A DNA stretch of 64,000 bases, from the NCBI GenBank assembly GCA_043228905.1, contig JBHGNT010000007.1, forward strand, positions 19,716,001 through 19,780,000, read 5' to 3'. Position numbers and translations under genes: made by a program. This stretch comes from Azolla caroliniana (lineage: Eukaryota > Plantae > Polypodiophyta). The notes beneath the pieces were generated by a model. The model was not told the origin of the DNA. It made no database searches and saw nothing but the letters and a program-made list of their open reading frames with translations. Position 1 is the first letter of the stretch. Every line of letters starts with the position of its first letter. Positions 33,157-45,782 of this stretch are shown here, one piece after another.

Positions 33157-35310
33157 ATGCTTCAAACTACTTCCTTTGCATGTATGTATCCACTTTTAAG
33201 CATGGTTAGACCCATCACCATCACCATCACCATCACCATCACCATTACTACTACTCTCTATTGCCTTCTATTTCTCCTGTCCTCTCTTCCATTACTGCCA
33301 AAGTCAGATTCTTGCACTATAGGAGATGTCTATGCCCTTCTCCGGTTTATGAATGCTGTCAACACAACATCTCTCAAGAAGGGTTGGGGTTTAAGCAACA
33401 GCAATGGGAGCTGTTGTGATTGGGAAGGTGTGAGTTGTGATGCTGTTTCTGCACAGATTCTGGACATTTCTCTCTCCAGCAAAGGTCTTAATGGGAGTTT
33501 ATCTCAAGGATTGGCCAACATTCCATCTCTTCAAGTTCTCAATGTTTCTAATAATTACTTATATGGGCCTCTACCACAAGACCTCTCAACACACTCATCC
33601 CTTCACACTCTTGATGTCAGTATCAACAGTTTTTCGGGCCAGCTCTCTGATGTATTAGTGAATTTCAGCTCTTTGCAAGTGCTCAACCTCTCTACCAATG
33701 CCTTCAATGGTAGCTTTCCTTCTTCCTCTGCAAGGAATTTGAACCTCTTGAGGCTATTCCTGGCTAGCAACAATGCTTTAAATGGAGACTTGCCATTCCA
33801 CCTATGCCAAAATGCCCAATTCCTTCAACACTTGGATCTATCCTCTAACAATTTCTCAGGAAGACTCTCAAATGGTCTTGGCATATGTAGTTCTCTGCGA
33901 GTATTGGATCTTGGTGACAACAACTTGGTGGGTAATCTACCCCGAGATCTGTACAACCTAACCTCATTAACAATGCTTCACCTCACACGTAACCATTTCG
34001 ATGGCAAACTAGATAATGCTATCGGCAACCTAATCGATCTCTCTCATTTGATGTTGGGTTCTAACAACTTCACGGGACAACTTCCCTCAAACCTCTCCTC
34101 GTGTACAAACCTAAAGGTATTTGCTGCAAACAGAAACAAATTCAATGGTTCATTGGATGTTGTTCGATTCAATCAATTCCCGATGCTAGAAAATCTTGAT
34201 CTCAATAGCAATGCTTTTGTCGGGTCAATCCCACCTTCATTAACTGAGTGCGCAACGCTCAAGAGCATAAACTTTGCAAAAAACAAACTTTCGGGGGAGA
34301 TCCCATCATCTTTGTATAGATTGAAGAACCTAACCACACTCTTGCTATCAAGCAACAAACTTAATGGGAGCATAAGATCCCTCGACGCCACTGAACATCT
34401 GGTGAGTGTGATCTTATCCAGGAATGTGTTCAATGAGGCACTACCCGATACAATACAAGGGGTAACTAATGTACAAGTAATTGCCCTCGGAGACATCCGT
34501 CTCTTTGGTTCCATTCCAAAGTGGTTGAAGAATTGCACTAAACTACAAGTGCTTGACCTTTCGTGCAACAACCTAAATGGATCTATCCCCCCATGGATAG
34601 GTTCCTTTCCACATCTGTTCTATTTGGACTTATCCAACAACTCTTTCTCCGGAAGTATACCACCCGAATTGTTCTTGTTGCCCACATTGATAAGTCTCGA
34701 TAACAACCTAACTGGATTGCAAGGGGTGGTTACCAATCTCGCCATAAAACAAGAACTTGATGCCCAAGAGCTACTATACACACAAGTTTCAGCTTTTCCA
34801 CCGTCCATTTACCTCTCCCACAATCACCTAAAAGGGTCCATACCTTCACAAATTGGTGCTTTTCTCATGCTTTTAGACATAGATTTGAGTTTTAACAATT
34901 TGTCGGGAAACATCCCAGAGGCAATCGGCGATATGATAGATCTAGAGAGCCTCGATTTATCACACAACTCTCTCATTGGTGGAATACCTTCGTCATTGAC
35001 GAAGCTCACTTTTCTATCTTATTTCAATGTTTGTTACAATCAACTGGAGGGTTCAATACCTTTCGGCAACCAATTCTCGACATTTTCTAACAAAAGTTAT
35101 GAAGGTAACTCTGGTCTATGTGGTACTCCTTTACCTTCTCTATGCGGGGATCATAATGCTACCAAGTTTGATACCAATTCCTATTCACGTAGGAGAAAAA
35201 GCTCGATTAAGGCCACTAATATTTTTGAACCGATTGGTGTGATCATTGGTTATGTTGCATTGATAGTGGGTTGGGTTACTTGGAACCTCACTAGAAGAAA
35301 GATTGGATAA
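33157..35310 (+). CDS. LRR receptor-like protein 1 (PSKR/PSY1R-type ectodomain, no kinase)
   Basis: Hydrophobic signal segment, LRRNT CCDWEGVSC, about 20 plant LRRs, island LYTQVSAFPPSIYLSHN, LRRCT SYEGNSGLCG, TM IGVIIGYVALIVGW, tail TRRKIG*. Start could be 33100, 33157 or 33202. Confidence 0.9.
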   Translation: MLQTTSFACMYPLLSMVRPITITITITITITTTLYCLLFLLSSLPLLPKSDSCTIGDVYALLRFMNAVNTTSLKKGWGLSNSNGSCCDWEGVSCDAVSAQILDISLSSKGLNGSLSQGLANIPSLQVLNVSNNYLYGPLPQDLSTHSSLHTLDVSINSFSGQLSDVLVNFSSLQVLNLSTNAFNGSFPSSSARNLNLLRLFLASNNALNGDLPFHLCQNAQFLQHLDLSSNNFSGRLSNGLGICSSLRVLDLGDNNLVGNLPRDLYNLTSLTMLHLTRNHFDGKLDNAIGNLIDLSHLMLGSNNFTGQLPSNLSSCTNLKVFAANRNKFNGSLDVVRFNQFPMLENLDLNSNAFVGSIPPSLTECATLKSINFAKNKLSGEIPSSLYRLKNLTTLLLSSNKLNGSIRSLDATEHLVSVILSRNVFNEALPDTIQGVTNVQVIALGDIRLFGSIPKWLKNCTKLQVLDLSCNNLNGSIPPWIGSFPHLFYLDLSNNSFSGSIPPELFLLPTLISLDNNLTGLQGVVTNLAIKQELDAQELLYTQVSAFPPSIYLSHNHLKGSIPSQIGAFLMLLDIDLSFNNLSGNIPEAIGDMIDLESLDLSHNSLIGGIPSSLTKLTFLSYFNVCYNQLEGSIPFGNQFSTFSNKSYEGNSGLCGTPLPSLCGDHNATKFDTNSYSRRRKSSIKATNIFEPIGVIIGYVALIVGWVTWNLTRRKIG

Positions 35311-35692
35311 GATTGGCCTACACCCAAAGTCTCTAAGTAAGTCTAGTTTAACTTGAATAATATGATGGATTTTTGGGGATGGGGGAGCAAAAAACACACA
35401 TCCAAGCTTGGAGCATCTCTTTTCTTATGGCCATAAAGGACATCCAAAGATGGCTAATGCTCCTATAATCAAACCTTTTGTGAGTTGTACGTAACAAACT
35501 ACGTTCAATGAGCGTCTTGGATTTTCTTTCATATGTACGCACATTGTATAAATGTTTATATAATCATGTTTTATGCAAATCTCGAGTCTAGTTTATCTTC
35601 AATAATATAATGGATTTTATGGGTTGGTGACACAAAATGTCAATCAAATTGTGGAGCTTCTCTTTTTCATGATCATAAAGGACATCCAAAGA

Positions 35693-36281
35693 GTTGACAA
35701 CAACCTAACTGGATTGCAATTGGTGGTTATCAACCTTGACACAAAGTGAAAACTCTACTACGCAAACTTCCCAACCCTAGACGGTTTAGAATTTTTTACA
35801 TCCTCAATTAACCTCTTTCACAATCTCCTTGAAGGGTCTATACCTTCAGAAGTTGGTGCTTTAGCCCATCTTGAATAATTGTCGAATTTGAGTTTCGACA
35901 ACTTGTTGGGAAACATCCCAAAGACAATGGCTAATATGACTAATCTACAACTTCTTGATTTATCGCACAACTCTCTCACTGGTGGAATACCATTGTCATG
36001 GATGAAGCTCACTAATCTTGTTGACGTCAGTATTTCATTCAATCAGCTGGAGGGTTTAATATCTCTTGGCAATCAAAAGTTATGAAGGAAACCCAAGACT
36101 ATGTGGTACGCCTTTACCATTTCCATGTGAGAATGATGTCAATCCCAAATCCTCTCCCAATAGGAGAAAATGTCCCATTATAGTCATTGATATGCTTCAG
36201 CCAATTGGTGTGGTTATTGGTTATGTGGGAGTGCTAGTGGGTTGGTTAACTTGGAAGCTTACTAGGAGAAAGGTTGGATAA
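35693..36281 (+). pseudogene. 3' fragment of an RLP (type-2 island) with stops and a frameshift
   Basis: Matches 40128-40733 (DNNLTGLQLVV...SINLFHNLLEGSIP...SYEGNPRLCG...LTRRKVG). The TM-coding end is repeated again at about 36305-36410. Confidence 0.88.
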
Positions 36282-37572
36282 GATTGACCTAGATAAAGTC
36301 TCACACTGATCTTCTTGAGCCAATTGTGTGGTTATTGGTTGCGTTGTAGTACTAGTGGGTTGGTCAATGGTTAACTTGGAAGCTTACTAGGAGAAAGATT
36401 GGATAAAATTGGCCAGAAGAAAGTCTCCTTTATCTTCACTAAGATGATGATTTTTTAAGGATGGGGAAGAAAATGGATCCATCCAAATTTGGACCTTCTC
36501 TTTTCTTTATCACCATGTAGGACATCCAAAGTTTATTGATGCTTGTTAAGCAAACCTTTTGTGGCTTCTATGTAACAAAGCATATTCTTCAATTGGCTAT
36601 ATTTTCTTTCTTCTATACTATACATTTTGTATAAATATCGGTAAATTCATATTTTGTGCTTTCTCATTTCATGTGAAAGAATGATATGACAAATTCTTTT
36701 GTTTTACTGTTTAATTCTAATATGTTGTGCTCATAAATATCAATGTTATGAAGTGTCCATATACTTGAAAAAAATAAAAAATCAAATAGAATGATGTTTA
36801 AATACATGGTATTGTAAAGTTGAGTCACTAGGAACTCAAACACATTACAAAACTCGAATTAGTGATCCAAGTGAAAAGTTTTGATCGTTTGAAGGTTTAC
36901 AATAAAAATACAATTTACAATGGTAATCGAGAATCGAGATAAAGTACGGTCAGTTCTATAATTTTTGAAATGGTTGGGTCGACCATTTAAAGGTTGAATG
37001 CATGTACAACTATCAAGCTGCTAGACCGAACCGATGTAAACGTGAATAGGGAGACAGCCTATTGCACAGGCGCCGAGGCTGTATTGTGACGATTAAGTCT
37101 ACTAACCAAGAAGCTCAAGGCTCTTATGTACAAGACACATTTTATGGGCATGAGAAAGGAAGCAAAAAAAGCTCAGTTAGAAAGGGTAAAGGAATGGAAA
37201 AAGTTAATGTGGTTTACCTGAAAGCCTTCCCAAATAGAGGATGTGAATTCAAATTCCATCTTTTGACAAATGAAACTTGTAAGAGCCATTCAATAAATTC
37301 AATTTCCTTTCCCAAAGACTTGGCATTTGGCTCATCCCCTTCGTCACCACACCATCCCCGACTACGTCCTTGTCATACCAATCATCCCCAAGTCACAAAA
37401 CCCCAACGGTTGCAATACATGACCACGACCTTTACGACAGGGATTGGTGGATGTGAAGAAGGAAGAAAATAACGTAGATTGCGGTGAAAAGTAGCAATTG
37501 GCAATAATTTGGTTTAGGGTTCTCAACTTCAAATGTTAACCATTTAACCATCCTAAAACTTAAAGTAAACCA

Positions 37573-38254
37573 AACTACCGTCGAACCATTTAAACCAGCT
37601 ATTTACAGGATTTCCAAGCTCAAACCAAACTATTCAAGAGACCCAAGTTTTAAAGCCATGGTTTCACGATCGTGAAAGGCGCGCCGCACGAGCATGGACA
37701 AGCATGGGACGTCTATGCACAATTGGAGATGGAGGAGGCAAAAGTTAAATTTTTGTAAGGATTATTTTTGCGATGTTAAGTCTCGAACCCGTGAACTTCG
37801 TAATAGATTAAATCAGTTCCTCTAATATTTATATAATTGACATATTAACTTATGATTCAATACATCGTGTAAAACATGCTTCAACAAAATGTGATTGTAT
37901 TAATCAATATGAACTACCGTCGAACCATTTAAACCAGCTATTTACAGGATTTCCAAGCTCAAACCAAACTATTCAAGAGACCCAAGTTTTAAAGCCATGG
38001 TTTCACGATCGTGAAAGGCGCGCCGCACGAGCATGGACAAGCATGGGACGTCTATGCACAATTGGAGATGGAGGAGGCAAAAGTTAAATTTTTGTAAGGA
38101 TTATTTTTGCGATGTTAAGTCTCGAACCCGTGAACTTCGTAATAGATTAAATCAGTTCCTCTAATATTTATATAATTGACATATTAACTTATGATTCAAT
38201 ACATCGCGTAAAACATGCTTCAACAAAATGTGATTGTATTAATCAATATGAACT
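37573..38254. repeat. 339-bp near-perfect tandem duplication upstream of RLP2
   Basis: aactaccgtcgaacc starts at 37573 and 37912. One difference noticed (catcgtgt vs catcgcgt). Confidence 0.93.
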
Positions 38255-38618
38255 TATACCTTAGATTTCAAACCCACCTTTCTAGACTTTTTTGAGCCAG
38301 ATTGCTCTTTCTACTATTGGTGGCTAAATTCTGACTGCTTTTTCAAAATCTTTTGAAACAAAGACCTTCCAAACTATCACTTTCTTCTCATAACATATAT
38401 ATATATATATATATATATAACCTCCCTCCCCTGTTCCTCTACTGTTCTCACATAACAATAATATATGTAAAGCCTTGCTCTGTTTCACTTCAGTAATCTC
38501 CTTTCTCCTCAATTCACTACCATTTCTTCCACCTCTCTCACATCCATATCACCACCACCATATCTTTATATCTTATCTAATTTCAGCACTAGAAGAAGAT
38601 GCAAAGATACATGTACAG

Positions 38619-40733
38619 ATGCTTCAAACTATTTATTTGCTTCTACATAGTTTAAGCATGGCCAGACAAATCACCATTACTAGTCATCTCTATTGGCTTC
38701 TATTTCTCTTGTCCTCTCTTGGACTACTACGGAGCTCCGATTCTTGCACGAGAGGAGATGCCGATGCCCTTCTCCGATTCATGGATACCGTGAACACAAC
38801 ATCTCTCAGGAAGGGTTGGAGGCTAAGCAACAGCAATGAGAGCTGTTGTGATTGGGAAGGAGTGAGTTGTGATGCTGTTTCTGCACAAATTGTGGCCATT
38901 TCTCTCTCCAGCAAAGGCCTTTGTGGGAAGCTATCTCAAGGATTAGCCAACATTCCATCTCTCCAAGTTCTCGATGTTTCGAATAATGACTTATATGGGT
39001 CTCTCCCACAAGACCTCTCAACACTCTCATCCCTTCACACTCTTGATGTCAGTAGCAACATTTTTTCAGGCCAGCTCTCTGATGTATTAGTGAATTTCAG
39101 CTCTTTGCAAATAGTTAACCTCTCTACCAATGGATTCTATGGCAGCTTGCCTCCTTCTTCTTTAGGAAATCTGGGCCTCTTGAGCCAATTCCTGGCTAGC
39201 AACAATTATTTAAGTGGAGACTTGCCACTCAGCCTATGCCAAACTGCCCCACTCCTTCAAGAGATGGATCTGTCCTTGAACAGCTTCTCAAGAACAATCT
39301 CAAAAGGTATTGGACTTTGTGGCTCTCTCCAAGTATTAGATCTTGGCTACAACTACTTGGTGGGTAATCTACCCCAAGATCTTTACAACCTAACCTCATT
39401 AATAATGCTTCGCCTCACACGTAACGGATTCGATGGCGAACTAGATAATGCTATCGGCAACCTAATTAATCTCTCTCATTTGATGTTGGGTTCGAACAAT
39501 TTCACCGGACAACTTCCCTCAAACCTCTCCTCGTGCACAAACCTAAAGGTATTCATCACGAATGGAAACAATTTCAATGGTTCATTGGATGTTGTCCGAT
39601 TCAATCAATTCTCAATGCTAGAAAATCTAGATCTCGATAGCAATGCTTTTGTCGGGTCAATCCCATCCTCGTTAACTGAGTGTGCGGCCCTCAAGAGCAT
39701 AAACCTTGCGAGCAACAAACTTTCGGGGGAGATCCCATCGTCTTTGTATCGATTGAAGAACCTAACCACGCTCTCGCTATCAAGCAACGACCTTAACGGG
39801 AGCATAAGATCACTCAATGGGAGTGAACACCTAGTCAAAGTGATCTTATCCATGAATGTGTTCAATGAGACACTATCCAATACCATGCAAGGGTTCACTA
39901 ATCTACAATTTCTCTCTCTCAATAACATTGGCCTATCTGGTTGGATTCCTGAGTGGTTGAAGAATAATAATAAACTACAAGTGCTTGATCTCTCATGGAA
40001 CAAACTGACCGGATCAATCCCCCCATGGATTGGCTCTTTTCCTCATCTTTTCTACCTAGATTTATCCAACAACTCATTGTTCGGAAGTATACCGCACGAA
40101 TTATTCTTGTTGCCCGCATTGATAAGTGTTGATAACAACCTAACTGGATTGCAATTGGTGGTTCTCAACCTTGACACAGAGCAAAAACTCAACTACCCAA
40201 ACTCCCGATACCTACATTGTTTAGAGCTTTTTAGATCCTCTATTAACCTCTTTCACAATCTCCTTGAAGGGTCTATACCTTCAGAAGTAGGTGCTTTGGC
40301 CAGTCTTCAAGAGATGAATTTGAGTTTCAACAATTTGTCGGGAAACATCCCAGAGACTATGGCTAATATGACCGATCTAGAGAGTTTCGACTTATCGCAC
40401 AACTCTCTCATGGGCAAAATACCTTTGTCATTGATGAAACTCACTCATCTCCTTAGTTTTAATGTTTCATACAATCAACTCGAGGGTTTAATACCTCTCG
40501 GCAATCGATTCTCAACGTTCGCTAACAAAAGTTATGAAGGAAACCCAAGACTGTGTGGTGCTCCTTTACCCTTGCCATGTGAGAATAATGTCAATCCCAA
40601 CTCCTCTTCAAGTAGGAGAAAAATCTTGATTATAGCCACTGATATTCTTGAGCCAATTGGCGTGGTAATTGGTTATGTGGGAGTGCTAGTGGGTTGGTTA
40701 GCTTGGAAGCTTACTAGAAGAAAGATTGGATAA
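38619..40733 (+). CDS. LRR receptor-like protein 2 (divergent island domain, no kinase)
   Basis: Same architecture as RLP1. Island LNYPNSRYLHCLELFRSSINLFHN; TM IGVVIGYVGVLVGW; tail TRRKIG*. Start 38619 or 38658. Confidence 0.9.
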   Translation: MLQTIYLLLHSLSMARQITITSHLYWLLFLLSSLGLLRSSDSCTRGDADALLRFMDTVNTTSLRKGWRLSNSNESCCDWEGVSCDAVSAQIVAISLSSKGLCGKLSQGLANIPSLQVLDVSNNDLYGSLPQDLSTLSSLHTLDVSSNIFSGQLSDVLVNFSSLQIVNLSTNGFYGSLPPSSLGNLGLLSQFLASNNYLSGDLPLSLCQTAPLLQEMDLSLNSFSRTISKGIGLCGSLQVLDLGYNYLVGNLPQDLYNLTSLIMLRLTRNGFDGELDNAIGNLINLSHLMLGSNNFTGQLPSNLSSCTNLKVFITNGNNFNGSLDVVRFNQFSMLENLDLDSNAFVGSIPSSLTECAALKSINLASNKLSGEIPSSLYRLKNLTTLSLSSNDLNGSIRSLNGSEHLVKVILSMNVFNETLSNTMQGFTNLQFLSLNNIGLSGWIPEWLKNNNKLQVLDLSWNKLTGSIPPWIGSFPHLFYLDLSNNSLFGSIPHELFLLPALISVDNNLTGLQLVVLNLDTEQKLNYPNSRYLHCLELFRSSINLFHNLLEGSIPSEVGALASLQEMNLSFNNLSGNIPETMANMTDLESFDLSHNSLMGKIPLSLMKLTHLLSFNVSYNQLEGLIPLGNRFSTFANKSYEGNPRLCGAPLPLPCENNVNPNSSSSRRKILIIATDILEPIGVVIGYVGVLVGWLAWKLTRRKIG

Positions 40734-41727
40734 GATTGGCCTAGAGGAAGTCTCAAAGTAAGTCTCCTTTATGTTCACTAAGGTGATGAATTTTTAGGGA
40801 TGGGGGATATAAAAGATCCATCCAAATTTTGAACCTTCTCTTTTTTTTAATGGCCACAAAGGACATCCAAAGTTGATTGATGCTTGTTTAAGCAAACCTT
40901 TTGTGACTTCTACCTAACAAACTACATTCTACAAGTGCTTGGATTTTCTTTCTTCTGTACACATAGTGTAGAATTGTCGCTAAATTCGTGTTTTGTGCTT
41001 TCTTTCTTATTTGTAAGAAAGAATGATATGCCAAATTCTTTTGTTTTACCGCTTAATTCTAATATGTTGTGCTCATAAATATTCATGTTATGAGGTGTCC
41101 ATATACTTGAAAAAAAAACAACTAGAATGATGTTTAAATACGTGGTATCGTGAACCTGAGCCTCCCACCAACTAGTGCTAGTCACTAGGACCTCACAACA
41201 CTTTACAAAATTCGAATCAGATGTCCGCGTGAAGTTATGGTCATTTGACGGTTTACGATAAAAATACTATATACATTGGTAACAAGCGGTCTAACAACAA
41301 AATTGATGGTTTGACTATCTAGAGCTTGCGACAAGGAGCGCATATTAAGATTTTATGATACGTGAATCAAAGTCTGGTAGCCTAAGATACATCCTTCGGT
41401 AGGATCATTTTAAAATTTAAGTTTGTTAGAGACAAATTAGTAATTATGTAGAATGGATGAGTCGAGAATTGAGATAAAGTAGGATTAGTTTTGTAATTTG
41501 TGAAAAGCTTGGGATGACCATTTAAAGGTCGAAAGTATGTATGTAAAACCATTGAGCCGAACCAAAACGAACTGACATAAATGTGAACAAGGAGACGACA
41601 TGTTGCATAGGTGTCGAGGCTAAGCTTAGCTTACCAAGGAGCCCAAGGATCCGATGTTCAAGATGGAGGAGGCAAAAGATATTTTGCAAGGATTGTTTTT
41701 GCCAAGTTAAGTCTTGAACCCGTGAAC

Positions 41728-44700
41728 TTTTTTCTTTTTCTATAAAAGGATACTTCCCATTAGTTAGGTAGAGTGTCTTTACACGCCAATATGTACAGTA
41801 GAATGTCATCATAAACATTCAACCACATTACCACAATATGCGTTAATCATCCTGAAGTATGTAAAATTTCCGAAAAATACCATGTACCTTCCTTGTTGGG
41901 CGGGCATGGTGGAAATAACCATTTTGGTGTGGTGTAACACTACTTTGGCCCGCCATCTACATAATCCACCAAGGGCGAACCTGACCATGATTGTTGAAAG
42001 GAAAGTCTCGCAACTTCCACCGTGTCTGAAGATGCTTCCAACTCTTCATATTGACCTCATATATTTATAATTAGGTCATACCATAGAGTAGTGATTGTCT
42101 CCTTTGGTCAACTTTCTTCTCTCACAAGACCTACTTTGCATATAGATTTCCAAATGTTCCATAACGTGGTAGAGGCTATGGTGGGTTAAATGTCACTCAA
42201 CCTATTCGAACACCAAATTTGTGATTCCCTAAGTGGTTGTACAATGCATTTATTTCTTTGCACACAAAACGCCTTCAACCTACCTAAGTGTCCTGATATC
42301 CAAGGTTTCTTCTCCAATCTCCATCATTGTGTGAATCCGAAAGTTATGGAACCTTCCAACCTACTCTTTAGTGATGGGCCCGATTTGGTTTCGGTTCGAT
42401 TATGTTTCTTTGCCTTAAAACCAAACCGAATTGAACCAAACCATTTATGTAAAACAAAAACCAAACCAAACTGTTTATGAATTTTCAAGCCTTTTAAACC
42501 AAATCATTTAAGAAAAGGTAAACCAAACCATTTAAATCAAAACCATTTAGAGAAAAGTTGAAACCAAACCGAACCATTTAATAAGAAGTTTAAACCTAAC
42601 CACTTTTAACCCAAACAAATTAATAAATTAAATAAGCATTTATGTTTAAATAAATAAATAAATAAATAAGCATTAATTAAATTATTAGATTAAATAAACA
42701 TTTAAGCTAAATGAATTAAATCAATAAGAAACATTAATTAAACCATTAAATTACATAAACATTTAAGGGATAAAAAAAGTTAGCCCAAAAACTGTTAAAC
42801 CAAACCACTTAAACTTATAAACTGATAAACCCTAGTTTTAGAACCAAAATGAAACATATATTAATAATTCAAACCAAACCAAACCATTTACTTAACTTGG
42901 AACTGATAAACCTTTAAACCATGGCGTAACGGTTCAGCTTGGTTTGAGCAGAAACCAAGCCTATGACCACTGCTCTTCATTGGTATTCTCATCACTTTCA
43001 ACCAAACTTCCCTTGCATGAGAACATTCCTATAAGCAATGCTCTAGAGATTCTAGTCTTGAAGAACACAACTTGCATTTCCCATCAATTTCCCTTTTCTA
43101 CAGCCAAGCACCTATCGGAAGAGATCTGTAACTACATAACCATAAGAAAGCTTTTATTTTTTTGGCAATCTTAGTGGCCCATAATTGTTTTAGGAAATCA
43201 TCATCCAATTCTTCCCTAATCCACTTGGTAGAAAGGCCCCCTTGCCCCAAGTTCTTGCGTTGTAGAATATTACGACCACGCTTAGATGAATAACGAAAAA
43301 ACTGAATATTACCTTTCAGAGTTTTCCATCCTAGTTCTACCAGATCCCACATCAAGTTCTGTGGGCATGTATCCTCCAAGGTCCAGATTTTAGAAGCTAC
43401 ATCATTTTTGCATCTGTCTAAGTCTACTTCCCATTGTTTTTTGCATCTAGTAAGCACTCTAATTGGCATCCATTCCTGAAATTATAACATTGTAGTGGAG
43501 CTCTCTACATCTGCATTAACTTGTTTAATGTCCTTAATAACCCCTCTGGCATTGAAGTGCCCCCACCAGTTACATCCCTCAAAGCCACGTTTTGCCACAT
43601 GACCTTCCCAATGATATATCTACATAGAATTTTTTATGAGTATAATAATTTTTTATTACCAAGTTCCATTTTTTTATTGATTTCGTGTTGGTGTTACCAC
43701 CACGTAGCCATTGTGGGCCACATTGCTTTTCTAAATCTGCCTAAGGAAGTTCCACACCCATTTCCCAGCATTCCTTCGCTAACATCTCTAATGTTGGGAT
43801 TCCATAAAAGAGGTTGGTGAACCCACTCCATGGGAGAGGATGACTACCTCAAATGTATTTCCTCCCTAAGCGTCTTCCAAGAGCCATGATGGAGAGCATC
43901 AAACGGTGTTCAGATGCTTTGGAAGATTTGAGCTTCATTTCTTGTACAAAAATGCATTTGTTTGTCGACAACCATTTCTCTCCTATTCTAGGAGACCACA
44001 TATCAAATCTACGCCTCATTAACACTTTCCATACTTCCTTGCTAGCGAGGAGACTCCTTAATACTAATTTGCCCAATAATGCTTTGCCCTGAGTTTCTAG
44101 ATCGATGAATCCAAGTCCCCCCTCTTTCTTGCATCATGTTATTTTCTTCCATGCAACTTTGGTTGCCACTTTACCCTCCGATTTGCTTGCCCATAGAAAT
44201 CTAGAAATATCATATTTTATACCAGTTGTAACCCTCTAGTTGTACACTTTTGGGAATATTAATCCTTTCCAAAAATGTAAGTATCTGGTTGCAACTTTTT
44301 CTTGTAACCAGCAAAACGAAGGGTGTGGGTACCACTTTGGTTGCTGGCCTCCAATCCGCCACCCCTTGGACTTGTGCCAATTTATCTTAGCCCCTGAAAT
44401 TTTGCAAAAACTGTGAATCAAATAAATTTCACATCTAAGAGGTTTTCTTGCATCCAATTGACAAACAACATCGTATCATCAACGAAGGCTAATATAATCA
44501 ACTCTTTATCATGCCTTGGAATCTATAGGCCTTTAATTCGGGGCTCAACAGCTCGTAAACTTGTTGAAAAAGACTTCGCATATAAAATGAATAAGTATGG
44601 GGCAAGTAGGCCTCCTTGCCTTACCGAACCAATTATTTCAAAACCGTGTTCCATATTTCCTGCAATTAGTACATAGTTTCTTGCAAATTTATATAGTGCT

Positions 44701-45212
44701 CACATCCCTCGGATCGAACGACCAATTGACTATCAAAGGCCTTTCCAAAATCTAACATAAGTTTAGCTATGTCCTGGCAAGTTTGTTTAGCAATTGCACA
44801 TGCTTCCCAATATGTGATAAGATTGTCTAGTATGCTTCTCTCCTCCACAAAACCTGATTGGCTGTCATGTACTAATTTCGGCAAGTGAGGCTTAAGTCTA
44901 CATGCTAGGACTTTTGCAAAGATTTTGTAGATCGTATTCAAGATAGTTAGGGGCCTCCATTTTTTTATGTTTGTTCTGGCAACGACATCGTCTGATTTTG
45001 GAATCAAATAGATGAGCCCTTTCGTGAAAGACTCTAGCATCCAAGCAGAGTTCTAAATTTCAGTAAATCCCTCCAGTATTGGTTCTTTCACATGCTCCCA
45101 AAATGTCTCGGAAAACATCCTTCCTAACCAGTGAATGCTTGAGCATGCTTCCTTATTTATATCCTTAAATGCATTCGAAATTTCTACGAAAGAGATAATT
45201 GCAACTTGCAAC
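41728..45212 (-). mobile_element. Decayed L1/Tx1-type LINE
   Basis: GLIYLIPK..KWRPLTILNTIYKIFAKVL..RL..SQSGFV..RSILDN (45040-44666), SGAKINWHKS, zf-RVT-like KIKAFLWLC. A T-rich tract at 41728-41740 is a possible poly(A) tail. Interrupted by MITEs; may continue to about 47510. Confidence 0.8.
42369..42969. mobile_element. hAT-type MITE (family A)
   Basis: Degenerate 17-bp TIR TAGTGATGGGCCCGATT, 8-bp TSD CTACTCTT/CTGCTCTT, subterminal AAACC(G/A) repeats. Confidence 0.8.
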
Positions 45213-45782
45213 CATAGATTGACCCATGCTTGATATTTGTGGTATTCTCCATCCGTATTATTCGTGGTATTCTCTATCTGTAAGATTCGTAATATTCTAG
45301 AATATAAAATGACCCCAAGAATGTTATAGAACCATTAATTTATTTATTATTTAAAAAAACAAACATTTTTACATCTATTATTAAAATTTAAAATATTATT
45401 AGTGTGAGGTCCCCTTTTTATTGTCAGGTAAAAATATCAAATTCGGGGTAGGTTTGCAGAGAGGAAACTGTGTTTGTGGGAGAGTAAAAAGTGGGGGATT
45501 AATGAACCTTTTATTTATTATCTATTAAAAATAAAACAAATACTTTTAAGTTTTACATCAATTTTAAAAATATTAATAGTATGAGGTCCTATTTTTAATG
45601 CCAGATAAAAATATCAAATTTTGTGGGAGAGTAAAAAGTGGCAAAATCAATGAGCCTTTTATTTATTTATTGTTTTATGAAAAAATAAAACAAATACTTT
45701 GAAGTTTTATATCTATTATAAAAATATTAGTGTGAGGTCCCCTTTTTAATGTCACATAAAAATATCAAATTTTGTGTGAGAG

